NCBI GenBank assembly: GCA_959601495.1
Contig: CAUGPT010000004.1
Location: 14,844 to 78,843, forward strand
Length of the DNA stretch: 64,000 bases
Direction of reading: 5' to 3'
Source of the DNA: an uncultured Eubacteriales bacterium
GTDB taxonomy: Bacteria; Bacillota; Clostridia; Oscillospirales; CAG-272
Shown here: positions 51,945-60,639 of the stretch, piece by piece
Numbering within the stretch: position 1 is the first letter of the stretch
Layout: the number at the start of each line of letters is the position of its first letter
The notes under the pieces: model-generated
What the model was told of the DNA's origin: nothing
Database searches by the model: none
What the model saw: the letters and a program-made list of their open reading frames with translations, nothing else
Program-made: the position numbers and the translations under genes

Positions 51945-52931
51945 TTATCTTTTATCAGAAGCACGGCTTTTCAGAGTGAGAAGATATTTTTCGGCATCCT
52001 CCGTACTGCCGCCGAAGGCGGACAGCACTTTGTCAAAGTCCGGCATAAGCGATCTTATATCCTCGGGAGGCGGGGCGAAAAGGTGTATCCTTTCTTTTGA
52101 CTCGGGATGGGGAAACGAAAGGTACGCGGCGTGCAGCGCCTGTCTGCCCGGCTCGCCGCACGGACTGCCGTAAAGACTGTCGCCGCACAGCGGACAGCCG
52201 AGAGCGGCAAAGTGCACTCTGAGCTGGTGCGTTCTGCCCGTTACGGGGGAAGCGAGAACGGCGCATCTGCCGCTTTCGGGGTCGGCATAAAGCACTTTAT
52301 AGTATGTCAGCGCGCTTTTCGCACCCAAGTCATCGATGGTGCAGGTGCGCCTTTTTATAATGCTGTCGTCGCAGCGCCTGAGCGGGATATCTATTGTACC
52401 CTCGGCTTCCTTCGGCGCGCTTGTCAGAACGGCTATATACATTTTCACTATCTCTCCGCTTATCATGGAACGGTAGAGAAGGGATGCCGCAAGGCGGGAG
52501 TTCGCCGTGAGCATTATTCCGCTCGTGTCGCTGTCAAGGCGGTTCACGGGGCGAAACACATACGGCGCACCGCTGTATCTGAAGCTGAGGGCGTTTGCCA
52601 CGGTGTCAAGTCTGTGGCCGAATGACGGGTGCGCGGGCATAAACGGAGGCTTGTTCACCGCCGTTATGTGATCGTCCTCGAACAGCACGGGCAGCTCAAG
52701 GTCGACTGGTATCATATAAGGGCAGGTATCCTCTTCGCGGTCCTCTGTCTTAAGAGACAGGATATCGCCGAATTTCAGCACATATCTTACGGTTACAAAT
52801 TTCGAATTTACGGTTATGCCGCCCTCGGTGAATTTCAGCTTTTTCAGCATGCCGGAGGAATATCCCATGTCGCCGCGCAAAAGCTCGCGGATGGTTTTTC
52901 CCGCTTCTTTTTCTGTGATTTCAATTGTCAT
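51945..52931 (-). CDS. RluA-family pseudouridine synthase (S4 domain + catalytic domain)
   Basis: Catalytic-loop motif HRLDTVANA... and GRTHQLRVH. 328 aa. Overlaps the lnt 3' end by 11 nt. Confidence 0.8.
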   Translation of the reverse strand: MTIEITEKEAGKTIRELLRGDMGYSSGMLKKLKFTEGGITVNSKFVTVRYVLKFGDILSLKTEDREEDTCPYMIPVDLELPVLFEDDHITAVNKPPFMPAHPSFGHRLDTVANALSFRYSGAPYVFRPVNRLDSDTSGIMLTANSRLAASLLYRSMISGEIVKMYIAVLTSAPKEAEGTIDIPLRRCDDSIIKRRTCTIDDLGAKSALTYYKVLYADPESGRCAVLASPVTGRTHQLRVHFAALGCPLCGDSLYGSPCGEPGRQALHAAYLSFPHPESKERIHLFAPPPEDIRSLMPDFDKVLSAFGGSTEDAEKYLLTLKSRASDKR

Positions 52932-54561
52932 GCGGGTCTCCTTTATCGCTTTTTCGGCGTCTTAGATCGGAAAGTATCAGCACAAGAGATGCCGACATGG
53001 CGTACAGCGCGCAAAGCGGCACGGCAATGTTGCCGACGGTGCCGTATAAAGTGCGCGCCTCTATATACTCTGCGTCGGCCGCGGCATAGCAGCGCTCGCC
53101 CGACTCGGTTTTTGCGACCGTTTTGCCGTACGGGGATATTACAGACGAAATGCCCGTGTTTGCGCTGCGCAGCACGTATCTGCCGTTTTCAACGGCGCGC
53201 AGTATTGCGTGAGAATTGTGCTGCTCCTTGGCGGCGCTGCCGTCGAACCAGCTGTCGTTTGTGGATATGCATATGATCTCGGCACCGTCGCGAACGCTTT
53301 CAAGGCAAAGGCTTTCATAAACGCTGTCAAAGCAGATAAGGCTGCCGGCTTTGCCCGCGGCGGTATCAAAGACTGCGGTTTCACAGCCGCCCGTTATCTC
53401 CGTATCTTTCGTAAGACCGACAAGAGAGGGCATAAGATTTTCGGTAAAGCGGCGGGCAGGGATATACTCGCCGAATGGTACGGGATGGCGTTTGTCATAG
53501 ACCGTGTCCGAGCCGTCCCCGGGCAGCATGATTACGGAATTATAAAGCTTTTCGCCGTCCTTGCGGAAAGCTCCGCACAGAATATCGGCGTTGTATTTTT
53601 CTGCGATATATTCAAGACTGTTTTTTCTGTGCGGTTCTGCGGCTATGTCGCAGGGCAGCGCGGTCTCCGGCAGAACGATAAGCTCTGCGCCGTCCTTTGC
53701 AGCCTGAGATGCAAGGGAAGTGTACACGCGCACGCTTTGAGTTGTCTGCGACCATTTTTCGCTGAAAAGAATATTTCCCTGCAGCACTGCGCAGCGCACT
53801 GCCGTGCCGTGCAGGTCGTTTTTTGAAATGCGGACGGCTCCGAAGCCGAAATTGAATATGAGAACAAGCGCCGCAATGACTGCCGAGACGCGCTGCGCCC
53901 TTTTAGCCGAGCCTTTTGCGGGCAGAGCTCCGGATATGAGCGCATTTGACATTATTATAAGAAATGATACAAAATACGAGCCGAAAAGGGAGGCAGTCTG
54001 TATTGCAGGCGCAAAGTATGTCTGTCCTGCGGCAAGCCTGCCCCACGGAACGCCGAGCCATGTGCGGCTCTGAAGCCACTCGGCGCAGACCCACAGGGAA
54101 GAAACGAACAGAGAGTATGCGACAGGGTGTTTTTCTTTGTCGGAGTGTCTTGTAAAAAACGCCGACAGTACGAATATAAACGCCGACACAGCGCCCTGCA
54201 CCGTCGGCAGACCTATAAACGCCGCAAGAACTACGGCGAGGGACTGCGCTTTGCCGTAGCCGAGAAAATCAAGTGGGTACAGCTGCCAGAACCAGCTGTA
54301 GGTCATAAACCCGTATACGGTGAAAAACGCCATGCCGCGCAGCCATGCCGCAATAAGATATTTATGTGTGCCGCGGCGAACGGCACGCGTTTCGGAGTAC
54401 AAAAGCGGGGCAAGCGAAAACCAGGCGATAAACCAAAGCCTCGGTTCTGTGAGCGGCACAGCAAAAACGGCGCCGCAAAGCGCCGATGCCGCGCAGTATA
54501 AAGCCCCCGTCGGCTTGACGCTGCCGACGCGGCGGGGGACTGTGTCCGCCGTATCCTTCAT
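52921..54561 (-). CDS. lnt: Apolipoprotein N-acyltransferase homologue (Lnt; N-terminal TM domain + CN-hydrolase domain)
   Basis: ~8 TM helices, then a nitrilase-type domain with a candidate E-K-C triad (LIVLPETALP, YDKRHPVPFGEYIP, SLICFDSVY) aligned by eye to E. coli Lnt E267/K335/C387. Confidence 0.75.
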   Translation of the reverse strand: MKDTADTVPRRVGSVKPTGALYCAASALCGAVFAVPLTEPRLWFIAWFSLAPLLYSETRAVRRGTHKYLIAAWLRGMAFFTVYGFMTYSWFWQLYPLDFLGYGKAQSLAVVLAAFIGLPTVQGAVSAFIFVLSAFFTRHSDKEKHPVAYSLFVSSLWVCAEWLQSRTWLGVPWGRLAAGQTYFAPAIQTASLFGSYFVSFLIIMSNALISGALPAKGSAKRAQRVSAVIAALVLIFNFGFGAVRISKNDLHGTAVRCAVLQGNILFSEKWSQTTQSVRVYTSLASQAAKDGAELIVLPETALPCDIAAEPHRKNSLEYIAEKYNADILCGAFRKDGEKLYNSVIMLPGDGSDTVYDKRHPVPFGEYIPARRFTENLMPSLVGLTKDTEITGGCETAVFDTAAGKAGSLICFDSVYESLCLESVRDGAEIICISTNDSWFDGSAAKEQHNSHAILRAVENGRYVLRSANTGISSVISPYGKTVAKTESGERCYAAADAEYIEARTLYGTVGNIAVPLCALYAMSASLVLILSDLRRRKSDKGDPHDN

Positions 54562-54576
54562 TGTGCCTCCGCTTAG

Positions 54577-55557
54577 TTAAAAGAGTTTCAGAAAATCTAT
54601 TTTGCCCCTGTCGGCTTCAAAATATCTGCCGTCAAGATATGAGAGGGGACCGTCAGGTACTCTGAAGCCTATGCGGTACGAGTACAGTGCCTGATATTTA
54701 TAGCCCATTTGCCTGTCGGCGGCGTTCTTTGCGTATTTTCCCTCGCCCAGAAGGGGGTAGCCGAGGTACGCCATGTGCGCGCGTATCTGATGGGTGCGTC
54801 CCGTGTGCAGCCGCACTTCGAGCAGGGAGAGGTCCTTCTCCTTTGAATATTTCAGCGTTTTAAATTCGGTAACGATCTCCTTTGCGCCCTCGGTCCGCTT
54901 TTCGGTGACGGTGACGGTCTTTCTGACGGAGTCTTTTCTGAGATATGCCTTCTTTGTGGCTTTTGGCGGCACCGGGCGTCCGTGAACGGCGCAGAGATAG
55001 CGCTTGTCAATAAGTCCCTCACGGATAAGCCTGTTCAATTCACGAAGAGCGGCGGCGTTCTTTGCCGCTACCACAAGCCCGCCCGTGTTTCTGTCTATTC
55101 TGTTGCACAGCGCGGGGGCAAACGAAGCCTCACTCTCGGGAGAGTATTCCCCTTTATTATAAAGATATGCTTTTATGGCGAATATAAGCGTTTCCCGCTC
55201 GCTGAGGCTTTCCGAAGCGTGCTCGCCGCGGTCTCCCGTATGCGCGAGCATACCCGGGCGCTTTGCGGCGATGATCATGTTTTCGTCCTCGTATACTATG
55301 TCCGGCACTGTCTTTACTCTGGCATATTCCGACGCGCCGTCGTCGGCGGGACGCGAAAATTCGTCGGGAATGTACATTTCAACAACATCGCCCGTGCAAA
55401 GCATCGTATCCTCTTTGGCGCGCCTGCCGTTTACTTTGATGCGCTTTTTTCTGATGTATTTGTACATGAGGGATTTCGGAATACCGTCAAGCGCTTTTGT
55501 CAGATATTTGTCAAGGCGCTGTCCGCCGTCGTTTTCGTTCAGCACTTTTTTTATCAA
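54577..55557 (-). CDS. RluA-family pseudouridine synthase (RluC/RluD-like)
   Basis: S4-like N-terminus, NRIDRNTGGLVV and GRTHQIRAHM motifs. TTG start. Confidence 0.8.
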   Translation of the reverse strand: MIKKVLNENDGGQRLDKYLTKALDGIPKSLMYKYIRKKRIKVNGRRAKEDTMLCTGDVVEMYIPDEFSRPADDGASEYARVKTVPDIVYEDENMIIAAKRPGMLAHTGDRGEHASESLSERETLIFAIKAYLYNKGEYSPESEASFAPALCNRIDRNTGGLVVAAKNAAALRELNRLIREGLIDKRYLCAVHGRPVPPKATKKAYLRKDSVRKTVTVTEKRTEGAKEIVTEFKTLKYSKEKDLSLLEVRLHTGRTHQIRAHMAYLGYPLLGEGKYAKNAADRQMGYKYQALYSYRIGFRVPDGPLSYLDGRYFEADRGKIDFLKLF

Positions 55558-55647
55558 AGAGAGCCGTCCCTCCTTCTTTTGTATTTTGTCCGTATATTGA
55601 AAATCGGCACCGGAGTGCCGATTTTCTTATTTCCCGGGTTCTTAAAC

Positions 55648-55842
55648 TCAATAGTCGCTGTCACAGTCGCATTGGAATGATTGTATCTGGAGATAGGCGG
55701 TCTGCCCCGCCAGCATACCGATCTGATTTTCAAGCCTTTCTATCTGCTCTTTCATTCTTGCGATCTCCGCTTCAAGCGCGGCGATACGGCGAGATTCACT
55801 GTCGCTTTCATAAGCGCCGAGCGCGTCGAAATCATGACTCAT
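55648..55842 (-). CDS. Small coiled-coil protein of unknown function (64 aa)
   Basis: AGGAG RBS 9 nt before the ATG. Heptad-like RRIAALEAEIARMKEQIERLENQIGML core. C-terminus CDCDSDY. No family recognised. Confidence 0.45.
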   Translation of the reverse strand: MSHDFDALGAYESDSESRRIAALEAEIARMKEQIERLENQIGMLAGQTAYLQIQSFQCDCDSDY

Positions 55843-55903
55843 AAATAACGCTCCTGCCCATCTGTCGGCACGGTGTGCCGAAGACTATATGATTATTTTA
55901 TGA

Positions 55904-56533
55904 TTATTTTGTTCCGAACAGTCTGTCGCCCGCGTCGCCCAGACCGGGAACGATATATTTGTTTTCGTTGAGCTTTTCATCCATTGCGGCGATGTATATA
56001 TCAACGTCGGGATGATCCTCCATGACCTTGCGCGCGCCCTCGGGAGCACCTACAAGGCACATGAGCTTTATGTTGGTGCAGCCGCGCTTTTTGAGCATTG
56101 CGATAGCGTCGGATGCACTGCCGCCTGTTGCGAGCATGGGGTCTACAACGATAACTATGCGCTCGTTGATGTCGGGCGGCATTTTGCAGTAGTATTCAAC
56201 GGGGAGGTGGGTCTCGGGATCGCGATACAGACCGATGTGACCTACCTTTGCAACGGGAACAAGGCTGAGCAGACCGTCAACCATGCCGAGACCCGCACGA
56301 AGAATGGGAACTATCGCAAGCTTTTTGCCGGAGACCTTTTTTGCGGTCATTTTGGAAACGGGGGTTTCGATGACTACGTCCTCCATGGGAAGGTCTCTTG
56401 TGATCTCGTAGCCCATAAGCATTGAAATCTCGTTGAGAAGCTGGCGGAAATCCTTTGCTCCCGTATCTGCCTCTCTCATTATTGTGAGCTTGTGGGTGAT
56501 CATGGGATGATCTATTACGTGAAGTGTGCTCAT
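55904..56533 (-). CDS. upp: Uracil phosphoribosyltransferase
   Basis: 209 aa. The [19 protein letters not shown] and [11 protein letters not shown] motifs are diagnostic of Upp. Confidence 0.95.
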   Translation of the reverse strand: MSTLHVIDHPMITHKLTIMREADTGAKDFRQLLNEISMLMGYEITRDLPMEDVVIETPVSKMTAKKVSGKKLAIVPILRAGLGMVDGLLSLVPVAKVGHIGLYRDPETHLPVEYYCKMPPDINERIVIVVDPMLATGGSASDAIAMLKKRGCTNIKLMCLVGAPEGARKVMEDHPDVDIYIAAMDEKLNENKYIVPGLGDAGDRLFGTK

Positions 56534-56563
56534 TTATTTGCTCCTTTATATTATGTTTTATTT

Positions 56564-56592
56564 ATTATACACCGCTTTTTATGCGTTTTCAA
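56564..56592 (-). promoter_or_regulatory. Sigma-A-type promoter upstream of upp
   Basis: On the minus strand: TTGAAA (56592-56587), 17-nt spacer, TATAAT (56569-56564). Confidence 0.5.
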
Positions 56593-56766
56593 GTGCAATG
56601 GACAAAATACGCACAAAAATCGACCGCAAGTGACGGTAAATGAGCGGTGCCGTTTCCGGGCATACTACCACCGATACCATGCCGTACGGGAAGGGGCGGC
56701 GTTTGTATGGGCAATGCTCATATATTTTTGATATATCTGCTATGAAAAATTGGTATTGCCGAATGC

Positions 56767-56795
56767 TTGACTTATTTTAGTAAAGAGATTATAAT
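56767..56795 (+). promoter_or_regulatory. Sigma-A-type promoter of the atp operon
   Basis: TTGACT (56767-56772), 17-nt spacer, TATAAT (56790-56795), followed by AGGAGG at 56809-56814. Confidence 0.55.
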
Positions 56796-56894
56796 ACTCT
56801 TGCCCGAGAGGAGGGAAGCCGTACGGAAAGGATACTGTACTACGCGGCGTTCGCAGCCGCAGGTGTTGCGATCGGTGCCGCACAGGGAGCGCTT

Positions 56895-57104
56895 TTGTAT
56901 GTGCTTCTCAAGAAAATGACCTCCGCCGTATACGCGGCGGCAGCGCTTATTGGGGCGGCGAAGCTCGCGGTCTACGCGGCATGCGCCGTTATAATGGTGC
57001 TCTTCTTCAAGGGCGGGCTTATAGCCTTCGGCGGCGGACTGGGCGCGGGGATATTCGTTTCTGCCTGCCTTGCGTCGCTCATAAGCATTAAAAACAACGG
57101 TTGA
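56895..57104 (+). CDS. AtpI/AtpZ-like small hydrophobic protein preceding the atp operon (N-terminus probably longer)
   Basis: Two hydrophobic helices. The frame is open from 56784, and another helix (ILYYAAFAAAGVAIGAAQG) is encoded upstream of the first ATG/GTG/TTG. AGGAGG at 56809-56814. Confidence 0.45.
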   Translation: MYVLLKKMTSAVYAAAALIGAAKLAVYAACAVIMVLFFKGGLIAFGGGLGAGIFVSACLASLISIKNNG

Positions 57105-57122
57105 CCGATAGGAGATGATATA

Positions 57123-58013
57123 TTGGATGCACTTGATATAGCGCTTATAGGCGGCTCCGCCGTTTTGAGCGTTGCATTCGTTATACTGTTTTTCGCAGCA
57201 AGGGCAAAGTATGCCGAGGACCCCACGCCCAAGCGGAAAAAGACGAAAAAGCGGATGCTCATATTCGTAATTCTGTTTTCGTGGGTATTTATCGGCAGTA
57301 TCTTCAATATACTCATAGGCGGCTCAAAGGGCATACAGGTCGAGTTTGATCTGTTTTCGGAGAGAACGGAAATTTTCGGTCTGTCCGTTGCGCAAACGAG
57401 CGTGTATATGTGGGTGATAACGGCGATAATCGCGCTGCTTTGCCTTGTGTTCAGACTGTTCATCTTCCCCCGCTTTTCCAAGGATTCGCCGGGAAAGCTG
57501 CAGAACGTTATCGAAACGTGCGTTGAATTCTGCGAAAAGTTTGCAAGGGATACGCTTTGCGATTATTCGGGAGAGATAGCGCCCTATATGTTCTCCCTTG
57601 CGCTGTTCATGCTGGGCGCCGCGTGCTGTGAGCTGTTCGGGCTGCGCGCTCCGACCTCCGACATTGCGGTAACGTTTGCCATGGGTCTTATCACGTTCTT
57701 CATGATAAACTTCTACGGCATCAGGAAAAAGGGTATCGGCGGCAGACTTGCCTCAATGTGCAAGCCAAGCCCCATCATGTTCCCCATGAAGATCATAAGC
57801 GACGTCGCTGTCCCCGTTTCGCTTGCCTGCCGTCTTTTCGGCAACATGCTGGGCGGCATGATAGTCATGGATCTTCTCAAAGGAGTTCTGGGCGGCTACC
57901 GTATCGGAGTCATTCCCGTTGCGGGACTGTATTTCAACTTGTTCCATCCCATAATTCAGATATACATTTTCATCATACTTTCAATGACGTTTATCAACGA
58001 AGCCATTGAATAA
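57123..58013 (+). CDS. atpB: F-type ATP synthase subunit a, with a ~70-aa N-terminal extension
   Basis: The C-terminal part carries the subunit-a signature ([12 protein letters not shown] with the conserved Arg). 296 aa. TTG start after a GGAG RBS. Confidence 0.85.
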   Translation: MDALDIALIGGSAVLSVAFVILFFAARAKYAEDPTPKRKKTKKRMLIFVILFSWVFIGSIFNILIGGSKGIQVEFDLFSERTEIFGLSVAQTSVYMWVITAIIALLCLVFRLFIFPRFSKDSPGKLQNVIETCVEFCEKFARDTLCDYSGEIAPYMFSLALFMLGAACCELFGLRAPTSDIAVTFAMGLITFFMINFYGIRKKGIGGRLASMCKPSPIMFPMKIISDVAVPVSLACRLFGNMLGGMIVMDLLKGVLGGYRIGVIPVAGLYFNLFHPIIQIYIFIILSMTFINEAIE

Positions 58014-58036
58014 AAAAAGAAAGGTTAGGTAACAAC

Positions 58037-58246
58037 ATGACAGCAATCGGTGCAGGTATAGCAATTCTGGCAGTTCTCGGCGCAGGTCTCGGCATGGGCA
58101 TTGCAACAGGCAAGGCGTGCGAGTCCGCGGCAAGACAGCCCGAGGCCTCCGGTAAGATCAACACTCTGCTGCTTCTGGGCTGTGCCCTTGCAGAGTCCAC
58201 CGCTATCTATGCGTTCGTCGTAGCGCTTATCCTTGCGGTAAAGTAA
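58037..58246 (+). CDS. atpE: F-type ATP synthase subunit c
   Basis: 69-aa hairpin proteolipid with the ARQPE loop and the ion-binding Glu in ALAESTAIY. Confidence 0.95.
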   Translation: MTAIGAGIAILAVLGAGLGMGIATGKACESAARQPEASGKINTLLLLGCALAESTAIYAFVVALILAVK

Positions 58247-58295
58247 GGACAAACCGATAAGAAGAGACGATCTTTTATAAGGAGGCGCAAACCAA

Positions 58296-58817
58296 GTGGG
58301 CGGACTTGATCTTACAAAGATCCCTATGGATCTTATAATGAACATCATAAACATTGTCATCCTTTTTGTCATCGTGCGTTTTCTGGCGTATAAGCCCGTC
58401 AAGAAGTTTCTTGACGCGCGCCGTGCCGGTATAGACGCGGAGAAAAAGGAGGCAGAGGATGCCGAAAACCGCGCGAAGGAAATGTGCGCGCAGTACGAGG
58501 CAAAACTTTCCGAGACGGACGCGGCACGTGCCGACGCCGTAAAGAGCGGCGAGCGCGAAGGGCAGCGCAAGGCGGACGAGATAGTCGCCGGCGCAAAGAA
58601 GGACGCGGAAAAGCTTATATCCGACGCAAAGAAGAATATTGCAGCGAAAGAGTCGGAGTCCCGCGAGAATATGAGAGACAGCGTTGTTGACCTGTCTCTG
58701 TCAATCGCGACGAAAGTCATCGGCAGAAATCTTTGCGACGACGACAACAAGCGTCTTGCCGAGGAGTTTTTCGCTGAGGAATGCGGCAAGGCAAAGGACG
58801 GTAGCGAAAATGGCTGA
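58296..58817 (+). CDS. atpF: F-type ATP synthase subunit b
   Basis: N-terminal TM, then a long charged helix. 173 aa. GTG start 10 nt after AAGGAGG. Confidence 0.85.
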   Translation: MGGLDLTKIPMDLIMNIINIVILFVIVRFLAYKPVKKFLDARRAGIDAEKKEAEDAENRAKEMCAQYEAKLSETDAARADAVKSGEREGQRKADEIVAGAKKDAEKLISDAKKNIAAKESESRENMRDSVVDLSLSIATKVIGRNLCDDDNKRLAEEFFAEECGKAKDGSENG

Positions 58818-59034
58818 AAACGCTTTGCTCCAGGTACCGGAGGGCACCGGCGAGGAAACGGTAAAGCTTATATGCTCGTCTTTTGAAAAAATGCTCGGCA
58901 AAGAGCTTACATTCCGCGTTGCGGTGAAAAAGGATCTCATGGGCGGTTTTATCGCGAAGATCGACGGAACTACTTATGATAACTCCGTTTCGTCACGGCT
59001 TGCCAGGATGAAAAAGTACCTGATGAAAAAATAA
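58810..59034 (+). CDS. atpH: F-type ATP synthase subunit delta, C-terminal-domain-only (74 aa)
   Basis: Matches only the C-terminal part of OSCP/delta (KDLMGGFIAKIDGTTYDNSVSSRLARMKKYL). ATG 58810 overlaps the atpF stop. Sits between atpF and atpA. Confidence 0.7.
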   Translation: MAENALLQVPEGTGEETVKLICSSFEKMLGKELTFRVAVKKDLMGGFIAKIDGTTYDNSVSSRLARMKKYLMKK

Positions 59035-59127
59035 AACCCGCAATTATTATTTTTACAGCCGCCGCGCTTGCGCGGCACGGCTCTTTTCCGAATACAGTAT
59101 TATTTTCGGGAAAGGAGGACGATTTAC

Positions 59128-60639
59128 GTGGATCTCAGAACTGAAGAAATAAACAAGCTTCTGCACGAGCGTATAGAAAGCTTTGACGAAATGTCGGCGG
59201 TATACGCAAGCGGCAGAGTTGCAAGCATATCCGACGGCGTTGTCAAGGTAGACAGACTGCCCGGGCGCTGCAACGGCGAGCTGCTGCGCTTCGGCAAAAA
59301 TACATGGGGAATTGCCATGGACCTTGACGAGGACGGCGTCGGCGCCGTTCTGCTGACGCATGACGCAAGCGTTTCCGTCGGCGATCCGGTAGGCGGCACG
59401 GGGCACCCCGTGGACGTGCCGGTATCCGACGAGGTCATAGGACGCATAATATCTCCTCTCGGACTGCCTCTTGACGGCCGTCCGCTGAAGGCAAAGAAAT
59501 ACGCGCCCATGGAAAAGCCCGCACCGTCCATAAACATGCGCCGTCCCGTTGATACTCCTATGGAAACGGGCATACTTGCCATTGACTCCATGATACCCAT
59601 AGGCCGCGGTCAGCGTGAGCTTATCATAGGCGACAGACAGACGGGCAAAACAGCCATCGCCATTGACACTATTATAAACCAGCGCGGCAAAAACGTTATA
59701 TGCGTGTACTGCGCCATCGGTCAGAAGGCTTCTACAATCGCTAAAGTGGCGCAGCAGCTCAGATCCTGCGGCGCAATGGACTATACGGTCGTTGTGGCTG
59801 CAACGGCATCGGATATGCCTGCAATGCAGTATCTTGCTCCCTACGCGGCTTGCTCCGTGGCAGAGGAGTTCATGAGCGGCGGGCGCGACGTGCTTGTGGT
59901 TTATGACGACCTTTCAAAGCACGCGGTCGCATACAGAACAATGTCGCTGCTTCTGCACAGACCGCCGGGACGTGAGGCGTACCCCGGAGACGTATTCTAC
60001 CTCCATTCGAGACTTCTGGAGCGCAGCGCCTGCCTTTCGGAGGCAATGGGCGGCGGCTCGATCACGGCACTGCCTATAATCGAAACTGTGGGCGGCAATA
60101 TTTCATCGTATATCCCCACAAACGTTATATCCATAACGGACGGTCAGATATTCCTTGAAACAGAGCTGTTTTACAGCGGCGTCCGCCCTGCGGTAAACAC
60201 GGGACTTTCCGTATCCCGCGTGGGCAGAAGCGCTCAGTTCAAGGCTATGCGCAAGGTCTCGGGACTTCTGCGTATAGAGCTTGCCCAGTATAAGGAGATG
60301 GCTGTGTTTGCGCGCTTCGGCTCAGACGCCGATCCTTCCACAAAGCATATTCTCGACCGCGGTGCCTGCCTTACCGAGCTTTTGAAGCAGGGACAACAGT
60401 CCCCGTATTCTACGGCACAGCAGGTAGCACTGCTTGCGGCATACCGCGACGGCATTTTCGACGGCATGAGCCCCGATAAGGTGTCATGCGCGAAGACCTC
60501 TTTCCTTGACTACATGGAAAAAGCGGCGTCTGCGGAATTTGCGGAGATCGCAAAAACCGGAGATATGTCCGAGGACTGTGAAAAGTCTCTCTGCGCGCAA
60601 ATGGCAGAGTGGAAAAAGACTTCGGAGGCAGAGCAGTGA
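59128..60639 (+). CDS. atpA: F-type ATP synthase subunit alpha
   Basis: P-loop GDRQTGKT and full-length alpha similarity. GTG 59128 follows AAGGAGG; the longest ORF starts at 59068. Confidence 0.95.
   Translation: MDLRTEEINKLLHERIESFDEMSAVYASGRVASISDGVVKVDRLPGRCNGELLRFGKNTWGIAMDLDEDGVGAVLLTHDASVSVGDPVGGTGHPVDVPVSDEVIGRIISPLGLPLDGRPLKAKKYAPMEKPAPSINMRRPVDTPMETGILAIDSMIPIGRGQRELIIGDRQTGKTAIAIDTIINQRGKNVICVYCAIGQKASTIAKVAQQLRSCGAMDYTVVVAATASDMPAMQYLAPYAACSVAEEFMSGGRDVLVVYDDLSKHAVAYRTMSLLLHRPPGREAYPGDVFYLHSRLLERSACLSEAMGGGSITALPIIETVGGNISSYIPTNVISITDGQIFLETELFYSGVRPAVNTGLSVSRVGRSAQFKAMRKVSGLLRIELAQYKEMAVFARFGSDADPSTKHILDRGACLTELLKQGQQSPYSTAQQVALLAAYRDGIFDGMSPDKVSCAKTSFLDYMEKAASAEFAEIAKTGDMSEDCEKSLCAQMAEWKKTSEAEQ

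Noticed and set aside
55888-55911. Tandem 11-12-nt duplication (TGATTATTTTA TGATTATTTTG) at the upp stop codon.
   Set aside because: This is a trivial local duplication of the last codons and stop of upp. No functional inference is justified.
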